Positions 31,479 through 40,338 of a stretch of 64,000 nucleotides of DNA are shown piece after piece (the stretch's first letter is position 1; each line of letters starts with the position of its first letter). Source of the DNA: Patescibacteria group bacterium. GTDB lineage: Bacteria; Patescibacteriota; Patescibacteriia; UBA9934; GWF2-40-263. A model generated the notes under the pieces. That model saw nothing but the letters and a program-made list of their open reading frames with translations. It made no database searches and was not told the origin of the DNA. The DNA is taken from the NCBI GenBank assembly GCA_038065075.1, contig JBBTRQ010000019.1, positions 9,456-73,455 on the forward strand. Direction: 5' to 3'. Position numbers and translations under genes: made by a program.

Positions 31479-32510
31479 CTACCACCTCGCCGCGGCTCGT
31501 GCCTCGGGAGTGAGGATGGTGTGGCGTCCCAGATCCGGACAACCGAAGTCCAAGAGACAGGGGGCGTAGCGGTCGGGCGACTCGGCCGGACTTTGCGTGC
31601 GGTTCTTGGAGACCAGCAGACTCTGGCCACCATTCACGGGGATGACCGCGTTAACCCATCCCCAGAAGTCCGTAAGTGCAAGCTCCAGCGCACCATCCGG
31701 CCAGCTCACGGCGTGCAGGCGACCGCTTCCGCGGGTGCCATCAGCGACCGAGGTGTCACACTGCCCCACGAGCAGGGAGTTTCGCGTGAACGCGAGCGCG
31801 TGGATCTCTCCGCGTGTGTGAACGGTGAGCTCCGGCCTGTGGCGTGACACTCCCGTCCTCACGTCCACCAGATGGATCTGTCCGCCCTCTGTCCCACACA
31901 GAAGCTCTCCCTCCGGCGTGAAGGTGAGAGCCCAGATGATCGAGTCCAGCTGGAGGCTGTGGAGAGTCTGGAATCTGCAATCTTCCTGCCTTGAGAGGAT
32001 CTTCAGGTGTCCATCCCACATCCCCACCGCCAGGATGGAACCGTCTGAAGAGAGCGCCAAGCGCAAGATCTGACCCTCAAACCTCTCGATACACCGGAAG
32101 GTATGGCTCCCGGGGTTTCTCAAGAAGAGCGTCTTCTCATCACCCCCTGTGGCAAGAGTGCCGTCCTGGGACAGGGCGAGGTGGTTGAAAGGCTGCTTCG
32201 AGCGCAAAGTCGGTTCACCTCTTTGACGCAGATGCTCCATGTCCCACTCGCGCAGAGTGTTGTCGTGGCTGCACGAGTAGAGGGTCTTGTCATCAGGCGA
32301 GAACGCGAGGCCGGTGACACTGTCTGTGTGCCCTTCAAGGACACCACGAACTTCTCCGGTCTCCACGCTCCATAGGTGGATCCGAGGATCTGCTCCTGAA
32401 CCCCCGCCCGCCAGTGTCTTCCCGTCTTGGGACAGAGCAAGGCGCCAGATCCAGCCGAGGTGTCCATTGAACAATCGCCGAGTGGTTGGCTCGGAGATGG
32501 TACGGGTCAT
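31479..32510 (-). CDS. WD40 beta-propeller protein, copy 2 (343 aa)
   Basis: Collinear paralog of copies 1 and 3, same length. Confidence 0.92.
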   Translation of the reverse strand: MTRTISEPTTRRLFNGHLGWIWRLALSQDGKTLAGGGSGADPRIHLWSVETGEVRGVLEGHTDSVTGLAFSPDDKTLYSCSHDNTLREWDMEHLRQRGEPTLRSKQPFNHLALSQDGTLATGGDEKTLFLRNPGSHTFRCIERFEGQILRLALSSDGSILAVGMWDGHLKILSRQEDCRFQTLHSLQLDSIIWALTFTPEGELLCGTEGGQIHLVDVRTGVSRHRPELTVHTRGEIHALAFTRNSLLVGQCDTSVADGTRGSGRLHAVSWPDGALELALTDFWGWVNAVIPVNGGQSLLVSKNRTQSPAESPDRYAPCLLDFGCPDLGRHTILTPEARAAARW

Positions 32511-32521
32511 GATGGTCTCCT

Positions 32522-32621
32522 TTGAATGAACGTCTTGACCATGAAAGGTCGATGACTCGCCAGGGGCGAGCGTCAACCTCTCGTGGAAAAGGCCTAGCGA
32601 GAGCGTGTCGCTAGGCGTGCG
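32522..32621 (-). repeat. Intercistronic structured repeat R, copy 2
   Basis: GCCTAGCGAC...TCGCTAGGCCTTTTCCACGAGAGG...GGTCAAGACGTTCATTCAA. Confidence 0.9.
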
Positions 32622-32645
32622 GCTTGTGAGCCACGTGGTTGGTGA

Positions 32646-35309
32646 CTAATTCGTCACCGATGGCTTAACCGGCGGGATGACCTGCATACGGATGTCAGAC
32701 TCCTCTCCGTGCTGCTTGAGCACCTCCAGCGCCCACTCCACCTCGTCCCGCGCGTTGGCGGGCAGAAGCGCTCTGGAGCGCGCGTTGGCTACGGCCAACA
32801 GGGTCATGCGGGCGATTTGCGTTTGCTGTGCCTGCGGCATGTAATCGCCGATGGCCCAGAGCAGATCATCACGATTCACGCCAGGCTCCCCGTGCGTGTC
32901 GGCGTGCCGGACGATCACCTCGATGTCCGCGCCGGAGAGGCGCTTGGTCTTGTCGGCGAACTCCGTGAAGTCCGTGATGTCCGTGGTGAACCCGCCGCGC
33001 CGAATCATCACGCGGAACAAGGCTTCACGGGTCGTGGCATCGGGCATGAGCACCGGGATGACTTCGTCGCTTCGACCGGCACGCAGCATGGCCGCGTCGA
33101 TGAGATCCGGTCGGTTGCTGGCCGTCATGTAGAACACGCGGCCTCGGATGGTCGGATCGGCGAGGAAGGTCATCCACGCCTGACGCGTCCGGTTGGACAC
33201 ACCCGAGTCGCCGCTGAATCCATCGCGTCCGCCGTCGTTCTGATCGATCTCGTCCTGGAATACCACGCACGGCGCCATCAACCTTACGGCCTCCAGCTGG
33301 TCGTGCACGTTGCGCTCCGATGAGCCAACCCACATCTGTTGAGTGTGGCGAGGGATCAGCAGCAAGAGACCGGAGGCGTGCGCCAACGCCGTCGCCAGCG
33401 CACTCTTGCCGGTACCGGGCGGTCCCAGCAGTGCACACCCCATGGGCACTCGCGAGAGGTCGCCCGTGCGCATGCGCTCGCAGACGTCCAGGAGAAACGT
33501 CTTGACGCCGTCGAGTCCGGCGATGCCGTCAAACCCGTAGGGTGGGTCGATCACCTCAAACAGATGCCCGAAGCGCTCGTTGAGGATGACCAGCCTGTGT
33601 GCGACCACGTCCTTGTGGGACAGCGGCTGGTTGCCGGCCTGCGCGCGACGAAGCAGACGGCGCAGATCGCGGTAGCCCATGTTGCCGGTCAGACGAGCCA
33701 GCTCGACAACCCCCATGGTGGGCGTGTCGAACAACGATTCGTCGTCACGGGTTGCCGTGAGCCGTCGATGCTGCTCGCGCAAGTCGGTTAGTGTCTCGCT
33801 GGAGAGGTTCGGAAGACGAGCCTTGCTGTCTCGCAGTGTCTGCGCCAACTGCTGCGCGATCCGTGTGTGGTCCTCTTGCAGCTCCTGCAACCGACTCACA
33901 GCCGCTGTCGTCAGCCGATCGAGCTCGCTTTGCGCCTCTCGGATCGACGCCGGCTCGCTCGAGCACAGCGCCTCCAAGTTCCGTTGCAGCTCCTCCAGAC
34001 ACTCTGTTGCCTGCTTTCGAGCAAACGGCTTCACCGTTAGGCAAGCGACGTTGTCGGCATTGGCCACGCAGATGTCGGCGTCGTTTGCCTTGAAGCGCAT
34101 CACCAGCAATCCGCCCTCAAAGAAGAATTGGGCGGGGATGCTGGAGTTACGCGAGTCGGTGACCGGCTTGTTCGGGTTCGCCCCGCTGGCGAACTGCACT
34201 CCGCTACGTCTCGTCGCGCTCTTGAGCACAGTGAAGCGCTGTGCCCCACCACGCGAGTCCTGGACACTGACCATATCGCCGGGCGCCAAATTGGCCCAGC
34301 GAGCCTCGTCAAGAGACGCGTCATCGGTCAGGAGAGGATCGCTCCGCAGCTGTGCGCCAAGGGCATCGATCTGCGCTTGGAGATTCGCCAACTGCCCGGC
34401 ATTATCCGCGTTGAGGGACTGCCGCAGAGCCGTAAGCGAGGATCGGCACCGCTTCACGGCCGCCAGATGCCCCTTGTACTCACCGTCTTGCTTGAGGGAC
34501 TTGCGTAGGGCGCTGTGCCGTTCGTCTGCCGTCCGAGCCGCAACGATGTCGTCATTCGCTCGCGCTTGCAGTACTTGGATCTCCTCGGCGATCTGCATCT
34601 CCAGCTCTTGCTGGCGCTGCAGGCCACTGTCCGTCCTACACACCCGGCGCAAGTAAGCCTCACGCTCCGCCTGAAGGGGGGGATCCACCTTGATCAAGCA
34701 GATGGGCGAGCTGCTGTCGCGCAGCATCTGGGGCAACAAGCCGGAAGATCTGGCGCTCATGAGCACCAAATGGCCGACGATCCCAAAGGCATCGTCTTCC
34801 GCCATTCGCCGGATGAGCAACGGCGTACGCGACGACATGGCGCCGGCAGGGGAACTGTCGTCCAGACAGTAGGTGTCGACATTGGGCAGAATCACCGTGA
34901 AGCGAACCGAATCGCCGACGGCGTGCCGCAGCACGTTCATGATCTGCGACAAAGCCCCGGTGGGATCCGTCGTCTGCTCGACCCTCGACGCCACCTGCGC
35001 TCGCGCGCGGGCGATGGGATCGTCAGCTTCACCGGCAGACTGCCGGTTCTTCTTAAGCAGCTCCCCGAACGCCTCATGATCTTCGTCTCTGGGGAAGCTC
35101 AAGCCCAGAGCCGGATCAAACACGACGAAACGACGATCGGGCTCCTGCCTGACCAACGCGTCGAGTACCAGCCGGTGCCAAGGCAACAGCGCCATGGATG
35201 ACGCATCGGTCGTATTGGGGAAGCCGTCTGCGACGTTCCCGTCAAACAGGAAGCAGAAATGGCACCTGGCGCGCTCCTGCTCGAAGGTTCTCATCCAAGA
35301 TGGAGTCAT
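32646..35309 (-). CDS. AAA+ ATPase (Ycf46/CDC48-like) with long coiled-coil insertion, 887 aa
   Basis: Walker A GPPGTGKS, Walker B VVFQDEID, SRH ASNRPDLIDAAMLRAGRSD; GAGGAG RBS before ATG 35309. Confidence 0.9.
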   Translation of the reverse strand: MTPSWMRTFEQERARCHFCFLFDGNVADGFPNTTDASSMALLPWHRLVLDALVRQEPDRRFVVFDPALGLSFPRDEDHEAFGELLKKNRQSAGEADDPIARARAQVASRVEQTTDPTGALSQIMNVLRHAVGDSVRFTVILPNVDTYCLDDSSPAGAMSSRTPLLIRRMAEDDAFGIVGHLVLMSARSSGLLPQMLRDSSSPICLIKVDPPLQAEREAYLRRVCRTDSGLQRQQELEMQIAEEIQVLQARANDDIVAARTADERHSALRKSLKQDGEYKGHLAAVKRCRSSLTALRQSLNADNAGQLANLQAQIDALGAQLRSDPLLTDDASLDEARWANLAPGDMVSVQDSRGGAQRFTVLKSATRRSGVQFASGANPNKPVTDSRNSSIPAQFFFEGGLLVMRFKANDADICVANADNVACLTVKPFARKQATECLEELQRNLEALCSSEPASIREAQSELDRLTTAAVSRLQELQEDHTRIAQQLAQTLRDSKARLPNLSSETLTDLREQHRRLTATRDDESLFDTPTMGVVELARLTGNMGYRDLRRLLRRAQAGNQPLSHKDVVAHRLVILNERFGHLFEVIDPPYGFDGIAGLDGVKTFLLDVCERMRTGDLSRVPMGCALLGPPGTGKSALATALAHASGLLLLIPRHTQQMWVGSSERNVHDQLEAVRLMAPCVVFQDEIDQNDGGRDGFSGDSGVSNRTRQAWMTFLADPTIRGRVFYMTASNRPDLIDAAMLRAGRSDEVIPVLMPDATTREALFRVMIRRGGFTTDITDFTEFADKTKRLSGADIEVIVRHADTHGEPGVNRDDLLWAIGDYMPQAQQTQIARMTLLAVANARSRALLPANARDEVEWALEVLKQHGEESDIRMQVIPPVKPSVTN

Positions 35310-35341
35310 GACTCTTCTCCTCGTGTGGTGTGGGTTGGAAA

Positions 35342-35441
35342 TTGAATGAACGTCTTGACCATGAGGGGTCGATGGCTCGCAGGGGCGAGCGTCAACCTCT
35401 CGTGGAAAAGGCCTAGCGAGCAGCGTGTCGCTAGGCATGCG
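35342..35441 (-). repeat. Intercistronic structured repeat R, copy 3
   Basis: Same element, here upstream of the AAA gene. Confidence 0.9.
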
Positions 35442-35457
35442 GTGGGTAGTGCCCGTT

Positions 35458-36489
35458 CTACCACACCGCCGCGGCCAGTGCCTCAGGGGTGAGGATGGTG
35501 TTGCGCCCCAGACCCGGATAGCCAAAGTCCAAGAGACAGGGGGCGTAGCGGTCGGACGATCTTGCCGGACACTCCATGCGGTTCTTGGAAACCAGCAGTC
35601 CCTTGCCACCATTCACAGGGATGATCACGTCGACCCCTCCCCAGAAGTCCGTAGGGGCAAGCTCCAGCTGACCATCCGGCCAGCTCATGGCGTGCAGGCG
35701 GCCAAGTCCGCGGGTTCCATCCGTAATCGAAGTATCCTGCTGCCCCACAAGCAGAGCGTTTCGCGTGAACGCAAGCGCGCAGATCTCTCCACGTGTGCGA
35801 ACGGTGAGCTCTGGCCTGTGGCGTGACTCTCCCGTCCTCACGTCCACCAGGTGAATCTGCCCGCCTCCTGTCCCGCATAGGAGCTCTCCATCCGGCGTGA
35901 AGGTGAGCACCCAGATGCTTGAATCCAGCCGGAAGCGGTGGAGAGTCTGGAAGCTGCCATCTTCTTGCCTTGAGAGGACTCGCAGATGGCCGTAAGCCCT
36001 CCCCACCGCCAGGGTGGAACCGTCTGCAGAGAATGCCAGGCACCGGATCCAATTCTCGAACCCCTCGATGCGCTGGACGGTTTTGCTCCCGGGACGTCTC
36101 AAGAAGACAACGCCATCGCCACCTCCTGTGGCGAGTGTGCCGTCCTGGGACAGGGCGAGGTGACTGAGAGTACCCCTCGAACTCACAATCGGTTCACCTC
36201 TTTGGCGCAGATGCTTCACATCCCACTCACGCAGGGTGTGGTCGTAGCTGCACGAGTAGAGGGTGCGGCCATCATGCGAGAACGCGAGGCCGGTGACACT
36301 GTCTGTGTGCCCTTCAAGGACACCACGAACTTCCCCGGTCTCCACGCTCCATAGGTGGATACGAGGATCAAATCCTGAACCCCCGCCTGCCAGTGTCTTC
36401 CCGTCTGGGGACAGAGCAAGGCACCAGATCCAGCTGTTGTGTCCCCTGAACAATCGCCGAGTGGTTGGCTCGGAAACGGTACGGGTCAT
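35458..36489 (-). CDS. WD40 beta-propeller protein, copy 3 (343 aa)
   Basis: Collinear paralog; AAGGAG RBS. Confidence 0.92.
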   Translation of the reverse strand: MTRTVSEPTTRRLFRGHNSWIWCLALSPDGKTLAGGGSGFDPRIHLWSVETGEVRGVLEGHTDSVTGLAFSHDGRTLYSCSYDHTLREWDVKHLRQRGEPIVSSRGTLSHLALSQDGTLATGGGDGVVFLRRPGSKTVQRIEGFENWIRCLAFSADGSTLAVGRAYGHLRVLSRQEDGSFQTLHRFRLDSSIWVLTFTPDGELLCGTGGGQIHLVDVRTGESRHRPELTVRTRGEICALAFTRNALLVGQQDTSITDGTRGLGRLHAMSWPDGQLELAPTDFWGGVDVIIPVNGGKGLLVSKNRMECPARSSDRYAPCLLDFGYPGLGRNTILTPEALAAAVW

Positions 36490-36500
36490 GGTGGTCTCCT

Positions 36501-36601
36501 TTGAATGAACGTCTTGACCATGAAAGGTCAACGGCTCACCAGGGGCGAGCGTCGACCTCTCGTGGAAAAGGCCTAGCGAGTTGCGTGTCGCTAGGCATGC
36601 G
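36501..36601 (-). repeat. Intercistronic structured repeat R, copy 4
   Basis: Same element; contains the radical SAM stop codon. Confidence 0.9.
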
Positions 36602-37193
36602 AACCAAGACCCAACAGTCGTAGAACACTGGCGATTCGTCCGTGATCCGTCACGCCGTGCGAGACCACTTGACCGCCATCGATCTCCAGCGCGATGACGC
36701 TGTCCAAATCCTCTGAACGGTATCGCCCTGTCAACAGATGCACTCTCTGGTTACTACTTCCTCGCAGGGGAAGGTTGTCCACGGCCAAGAGTTGCACGAA
36801 CCGACCGTCGATAAGCACGTCCAGTTCTCGCAGAAGTTCGCGCGCCCCATCCGGCGCATGGGCACCGCGCAAGAACTTCCGTGTGTAGCCTGACCAGCAC
36901 AGCACGGACAGACCCTGCTCCTTGGCCGCGTGCGCGATCTGCGCAAGCGCCCGAGCTTGCTCAAAGGGCTCGCCTCCGGAGAAGCTCACGCCTTCGATCC
37001 CGAATCGTTCTTGCGCTTGCGCGATGCATGTGATCAACGCGTCGACAGCGACGAGGTTCCCTCCATCGCCCCAGAGCTCCGGCGTGGTGCAACCATGGCA
37101 GCCGATGGTGCAGCCCTTGACCCAAAGACACAGGCGCTGACCCGGACCCATGGCAGGCGTGCACTCGACCACGCGCCCGACGCGCAGGATCAT
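36591..37193 (-). CDS. NrdG-like radical SAM (4Fe-4S single-cluster) protein
   Basis: GPG.R, CTIGCHGC, SGGEPFEQ, DVLIDGRF, RGSSNQR. Confidence 0.9.
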   Translation of the reverse strand: MILRVGRVVECTPAMGPGQRLCLWVKGCTIGCHGCTTPELWGDGGNLVAVDALITCIAQAQERFGIEGVSFSGGEPFEQARALAQIAHAAKEQGLSVLCWSGYTRKFLRGAHAPDGARELLRELDVLIDGRFVQLLAVDNLPLRGSSNQRVHLLTGRYRSEDLDSVIALEIDGGQVVSHGVTDHGRIASVLRLLGLGSHA

Positions 37194-37402
37194 CCTCCAC
37201 CTCTGACCTTCCCACCGGATGGGACGGGAATGGGCGGAGCGCTTGCGTCGGGCACGTTCATCTCGTCAACACGTCCGCCCAACAACGCCAGGATGGCGCG
37301 CAGGCGTCGAGCCTCCTCCTGGCAGACGCCCGGAAGCGCTTCGACTTGGATGTCCACCGTGCCGTCGCCCTTCACGACGACGATGATCTCTCTGGCGCTC
37401 AT
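37190..37402 (-). CDS. DUF2997-like small protein
   Basis: EIIVVVKGDGTVDIQVEALPG.C pattern; ATGA overlaps on both sides. Confidence 0.7.
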   Translation of the reverse strand: MSAREIIVVVKGDGTVDIQVEALPGVCQEEARRLRAILALLGGRVDEMNVPDASAPPIPVPSGGKVRGGG

Positions 37403-37905
37403 ACGTCCACCTTTCGGCCGACGATGACCAGGGCGCCGTCGGCTCCGCGCGTTTCCACGATGTCATCGACACAGAGAATCTGCATGGCCGCACGCATCTG
37501 CTGCTCATGAAAGTGACGCCGCAGACAGTCCTTCCACTGTGCAAGCTCGGCAGGGTGGCACTGCTGCGTTCCCGTGTTCCAGAACTGAAAGAAGGTGCCG
37601 TCCTCTCGGATCCCAACCCCCAACTGGAGGAATGTCCCGTTATTGAGCACGCCAAGAACTTCGCCTTGGTCCGGATCGCCGCTCTTGGAGCCGTAGGTGC
37701 TGGCGTTGTCGTAGCTCTTGGCGCATGTGCAACCCATCTCTTGCGCGGCTGCCGCAAGCGCTTGGCGCATGGCGTGGGCACGCACCTCCTGCCAATTGAT
37801 GGCGGCCAGATCCGCATCCTGCGCGCCGATCTGACCTAGTGCGCCCGTGACGGATCCGGCATCGGCGATCTCTCCGATGTGGAGCTTGTGATAGTGCAGA
37901 GACAC
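37399..37905 (-). CDS. DUF1257 (Ycf35)-like protein
   Basis: AGGAGG RBS before GTG; AL..AA..MG, GVGIREDGTF, C-terminal ADGALVIV; context with DUF2997 and AAA. Confidence 0.55.
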   Translation of the reverse strand: MSLHYHKLHIGEIADAGSVTGALGQIGAQDADLAAINWQEVRAHAMRQALAAAAQEMGCTCAKSYDNASTYGSKSGDPDQGEVLGVLNNGTFLQLGVGIREDGTFFQFWNTGTQQCHPAELAQWKDCLRRHFHEQQMRAAMQILCVDDIVETRGADGALVIVGRKVDV

Positions 37906-38069
37906 CTGTCCTCCTGTGGGGAAGGTTATTCCATGGACAAAAGAGACGATTTTTCCCTTTGCCAAGGAGAAACGTTTTTATATCAAAAACGCGAATGTGT
38001 CAATGAAAAATCCCGGACATCTAATCCGAGATATTCTGCTAGAAAGGTCTCTACAATATGATCACCTAC

Positions 38070-39437
38070 CTACCATTCATGACTACTCTGATATTCCGGC
38101 ACGATCACCTCCGTTTTGAGCTTGTGTCGAAGGTGTGTGGCGAAGACCTCCTTGGCCTCCGGATCGCCGTGCACGAGAAAAATCTTTTTTGGAATCTTGC
38201 CGTCTTCGGGCTTGAGCCAGCGCGTGAGCTTGTTCATGTCCGCGTGCGCCGAGAAGGCGCCGATCGCGCTTACTTGCGCGTGCACCTCCACGTCCTCGCC
38301 AAAAATCCGCACCTTCTTCGCCCCTTCGTACAACTTTCGCCCCGTCGTCCCCTGCGCCTGGTAGCCGATGATGAGCAGACGGTTGTTCTTGCCTGGGAGA
38401 TAGCGGATCAGGTGATGCATGATGCGTCCACCCGACATCATCCCGGAACCCGCGACGATAATTTTGGGTGGCACGGCATCGTTGATTGATTTGGACTCTT
38501 CCACAGAGAGAGTCTCGCGCAAATTCGGAAAGCTGAAGAAGTCCTTGTCGGGATCCTTCAGAATGGATTCATCGAATTTCAAAAACTGTTTGAAGTGTCG
38601 GTAGAGCGCCGTAGCCTTAATCGCCATCGGACTATCCAGATAAATCGGGAGCTTCGTGTGGAGGTCTTCTAAAAGAAGTTTGTTGATTTCGTACAGGAGC
38701 TCTTGCGTACGCTCGATCGAAAACGCTGGGATCATCAAGACCCCGCGAAGTTTGATGATATCTTGAATCGCCTCCTTCAACTTGGCTCCGCGCGTGTCCA
38801 TGCCCTCGTGTTCGCGGTGTCCGTAGGTCGATTCGCAGATGACGATGTCCGCATGGGAGATCGGTTCGGTGTCGGGAAGAATCGGCACGTCGTCGTTACC
38901 AATGTCCCCAGAGAAGACCACACGCTCTCCTTGTGCATCCACCGAGATGTAACTTGAGCCCAGCACATGACCCGCTTCATGAAAGACAACGGTCACCCCA
39001 GGCCACAGGTCGATATGCTCATGATAGGTCACGCTTTTGACTTGCGCGAACGCGCGCTCCAGATCTTCGAGTTCGTACAAGACCGAGCTCCCACATTTTT
39101 CTGCTTCTTCCTTCATGATGTGGTGTGCGTCCTCAAGCACCAATTTCGCCAAACCCACGCACGGCTCCACCATGTAGATCGGTCCCGTGAATCCTTCTTT
39201 CACGAGCTTAGGCAGACGCCCGGTGTGGTCGGCATGCGGATGGGAAACAAAAACGGCTTCAATCGCGGAAGCATCGAACTTAAACGCATCCTGGTTCTTG
39301 TTGCCGCACATGTGTTCCCCCTGGAACATGCCGCAATCAAACAGGATCGCGTGCGACTTTTTTTCCGCATCGAGAAACTCTAACCGATGGCATGAGCCCG
39401 TCACCTCCCTCGCGGCCCCATGAAATGAAATGTTCAT
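38070..39437 (-). CDS. Beta-CASP metallo-beta-lactamase RNase
   Basis: GAAREVTGS, DCG, HPHADHTG, AGHVLGS, FSAHAD, LVHGD. Confidence 0.93.
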   Translation of the reverse strand: MNISFHGAAREVTGSCHRLEFLDAEKKSHAILFDCGMFQGEHMCGNKNQDAFKFDASAIEAVFVSHPHADHTGRLPKLVKEGFTGPIYMVEPCVGLAKLVLEDAHHIMKEEAEKCGSSVLYELEDLERAFAQVKSVTYHEHIDLWPGVTVVFHEAGHVLGSSYISVDAQGERVVFSGDIGNDDVPILPDTEPISHADIVICESTYGHREHEGMDTRGAKLKEAIQDIIKLRGVLMIPAFSIERTQELLYEINKLLLEDLHTKLPIYLDSPMAIKATALYRHFKQFLKFDESILKDPDKDFFSFPNLRETLSVEESKSINDAVPPKIIVAGSGMMSGGRIMHHLIRYLPGKNNRLLIIGYQAQGTTGRKLYEGAKKVRIFGEDVEVHAQVSAIGAFSAHADMNKLTRWLKPEDGKIPKKIFLVHGDPEAKEVFATHLRHKLKTEVIVPEYQSSHEW

Positions 39438-39868
39438 AGACGTCTTTCAGAAATGATCTCGAAGGTCGAAAGAACGGCCAGGGAGGCAATAGTCACTTGA
39501 GAGAGCAGGCACACGATGCACCACGCAAAGAGCACGAACGCCTCAAGACTCGTCAGGTATAAGGCAAACGCGAGGCCTCCGTACGAAGCCAGCACAAGAA
39601 ACAACGAGAGACTCTTGTCTTGAGGGTTCTTCCGTTTCATCAACGCGCCAATAAACACCAAAGCATATCCTACGACCCCAATAGCCGCCACCGGAATCTC
39701 GAAGATCTCCGAGTAGGGACCTTGATTCACGATGTCACAACTAAACGTATCGCTCAGGTTGCAGATCGCTCCGGATGTAAAGCCGGTCTTGTGCGCGAGC
39801 GAGTAGGTCGAAAGCACGACCCCAAATAGGGCAAGGCCAATGATCCAGTTAAGACGTGTCTTGTTCAT
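39434..39868 (-). CDS. Vitamin K epoxide reductase family protein
   Basis: C-x7-C loop, WCIVC redox motif, four TM helices. Confidence 0.9.
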   Translation of the reverse strand: MNKTRLNWIIGLALFGVVLSTYSLAHKTGFTSGAICNLSDTFSCDIVNQGPYSEIFEIPVAAIGVVGYALVFIGALMKRKNPQDKSLSLFLVLASYGGLAFALYLTSLEAFVLFAWCIVCLLSQVTIASLAVLSTFEIISERRL

Positions 39869-39871
39869 ACG

Positions 39872-40261
39872 CTACGGCAGGGCGCATCCTGACTCTTGCG
39901 CCAGAGTTTCCAGACTCTGTTCACCGCTTGCCCGCGATCCATCCGAGAACTCCCAGGTTGGATAGCCCTGGATCCCCGCATCTTGGCACGTCTGATTCAT
40001 GGTGCGCGCGGCCGTCGAACACTCAATGTAATTCACGTTGTCGAACGCGCTCCCAAAAAGATCTTTTTGATTCTCACAATGCGGACACCACCACGCTCCG
40101 TACATCGTCACCCCGGCGGTGGTCAGGCACCCAGCGAACTCATCGTACGGTGATGGGGCACTCTGGCCGACAGAGCTATTGGCGGCAAAGACAATCAAAC
40201 CCACAACCACCAGCACCGCGGCTCCATACAAATAATAAGAGGATTGTTTCGACTTAGACAT
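39872..40261 (-). CDS. Thioredoxin-like partner of VKOR
   Basis: YGAWWCPHC, IQGYPTW, N-terminal membrane anchor. Confidence 0.88.
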   Translation of the reverse strand: MSKSKQSSYYLYGAAVLVVVGLIVFAANSSVGQSAPSPYDEFAGCLTTAGVTMYGAWWCPHCENQKDLFGSAFDNVNYIECSTAARTMNQTCQDAGIQGYPTWEFSDGSRASGEQSLETLAQESGCALP

Positions 40262-40338
40262 ATGCGCCTAGTATACTTGATAAAAATCGATTTTTCGAGT
40301 AGCCTCGATCCGTTACCTGTAGTGAGCAACGTCGAACT

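Noticed and set aside
33679-34656. 325-aa plus-strand ORF
   Set aside because: Antisense to the AAA coiled coil; Ser/Arg-rich shadow composition
35310-35612. N-terminal extension of the AAA ORF, and similar extensions of the WD40 ORFs
   Set aside because: They run through repeat R and an alternative WD40 frame; SD-backed ATGs at 35309, 31352, 32510 and 36489 are better starts
30321-36489. WD40 variation as a diversity-generating retroelement
   Set aside because: No reverse transcriptase or template repeat in the window; differences are spread over the whole gene and are not adenine-specific
31364-36601. Repeat R as a CRISPR array or integron attC
   Set aside because: Units are ~100 nt separated by whole genes; no RYYYAAC/GTTRRRY ends, and no cas or intI gene in the window
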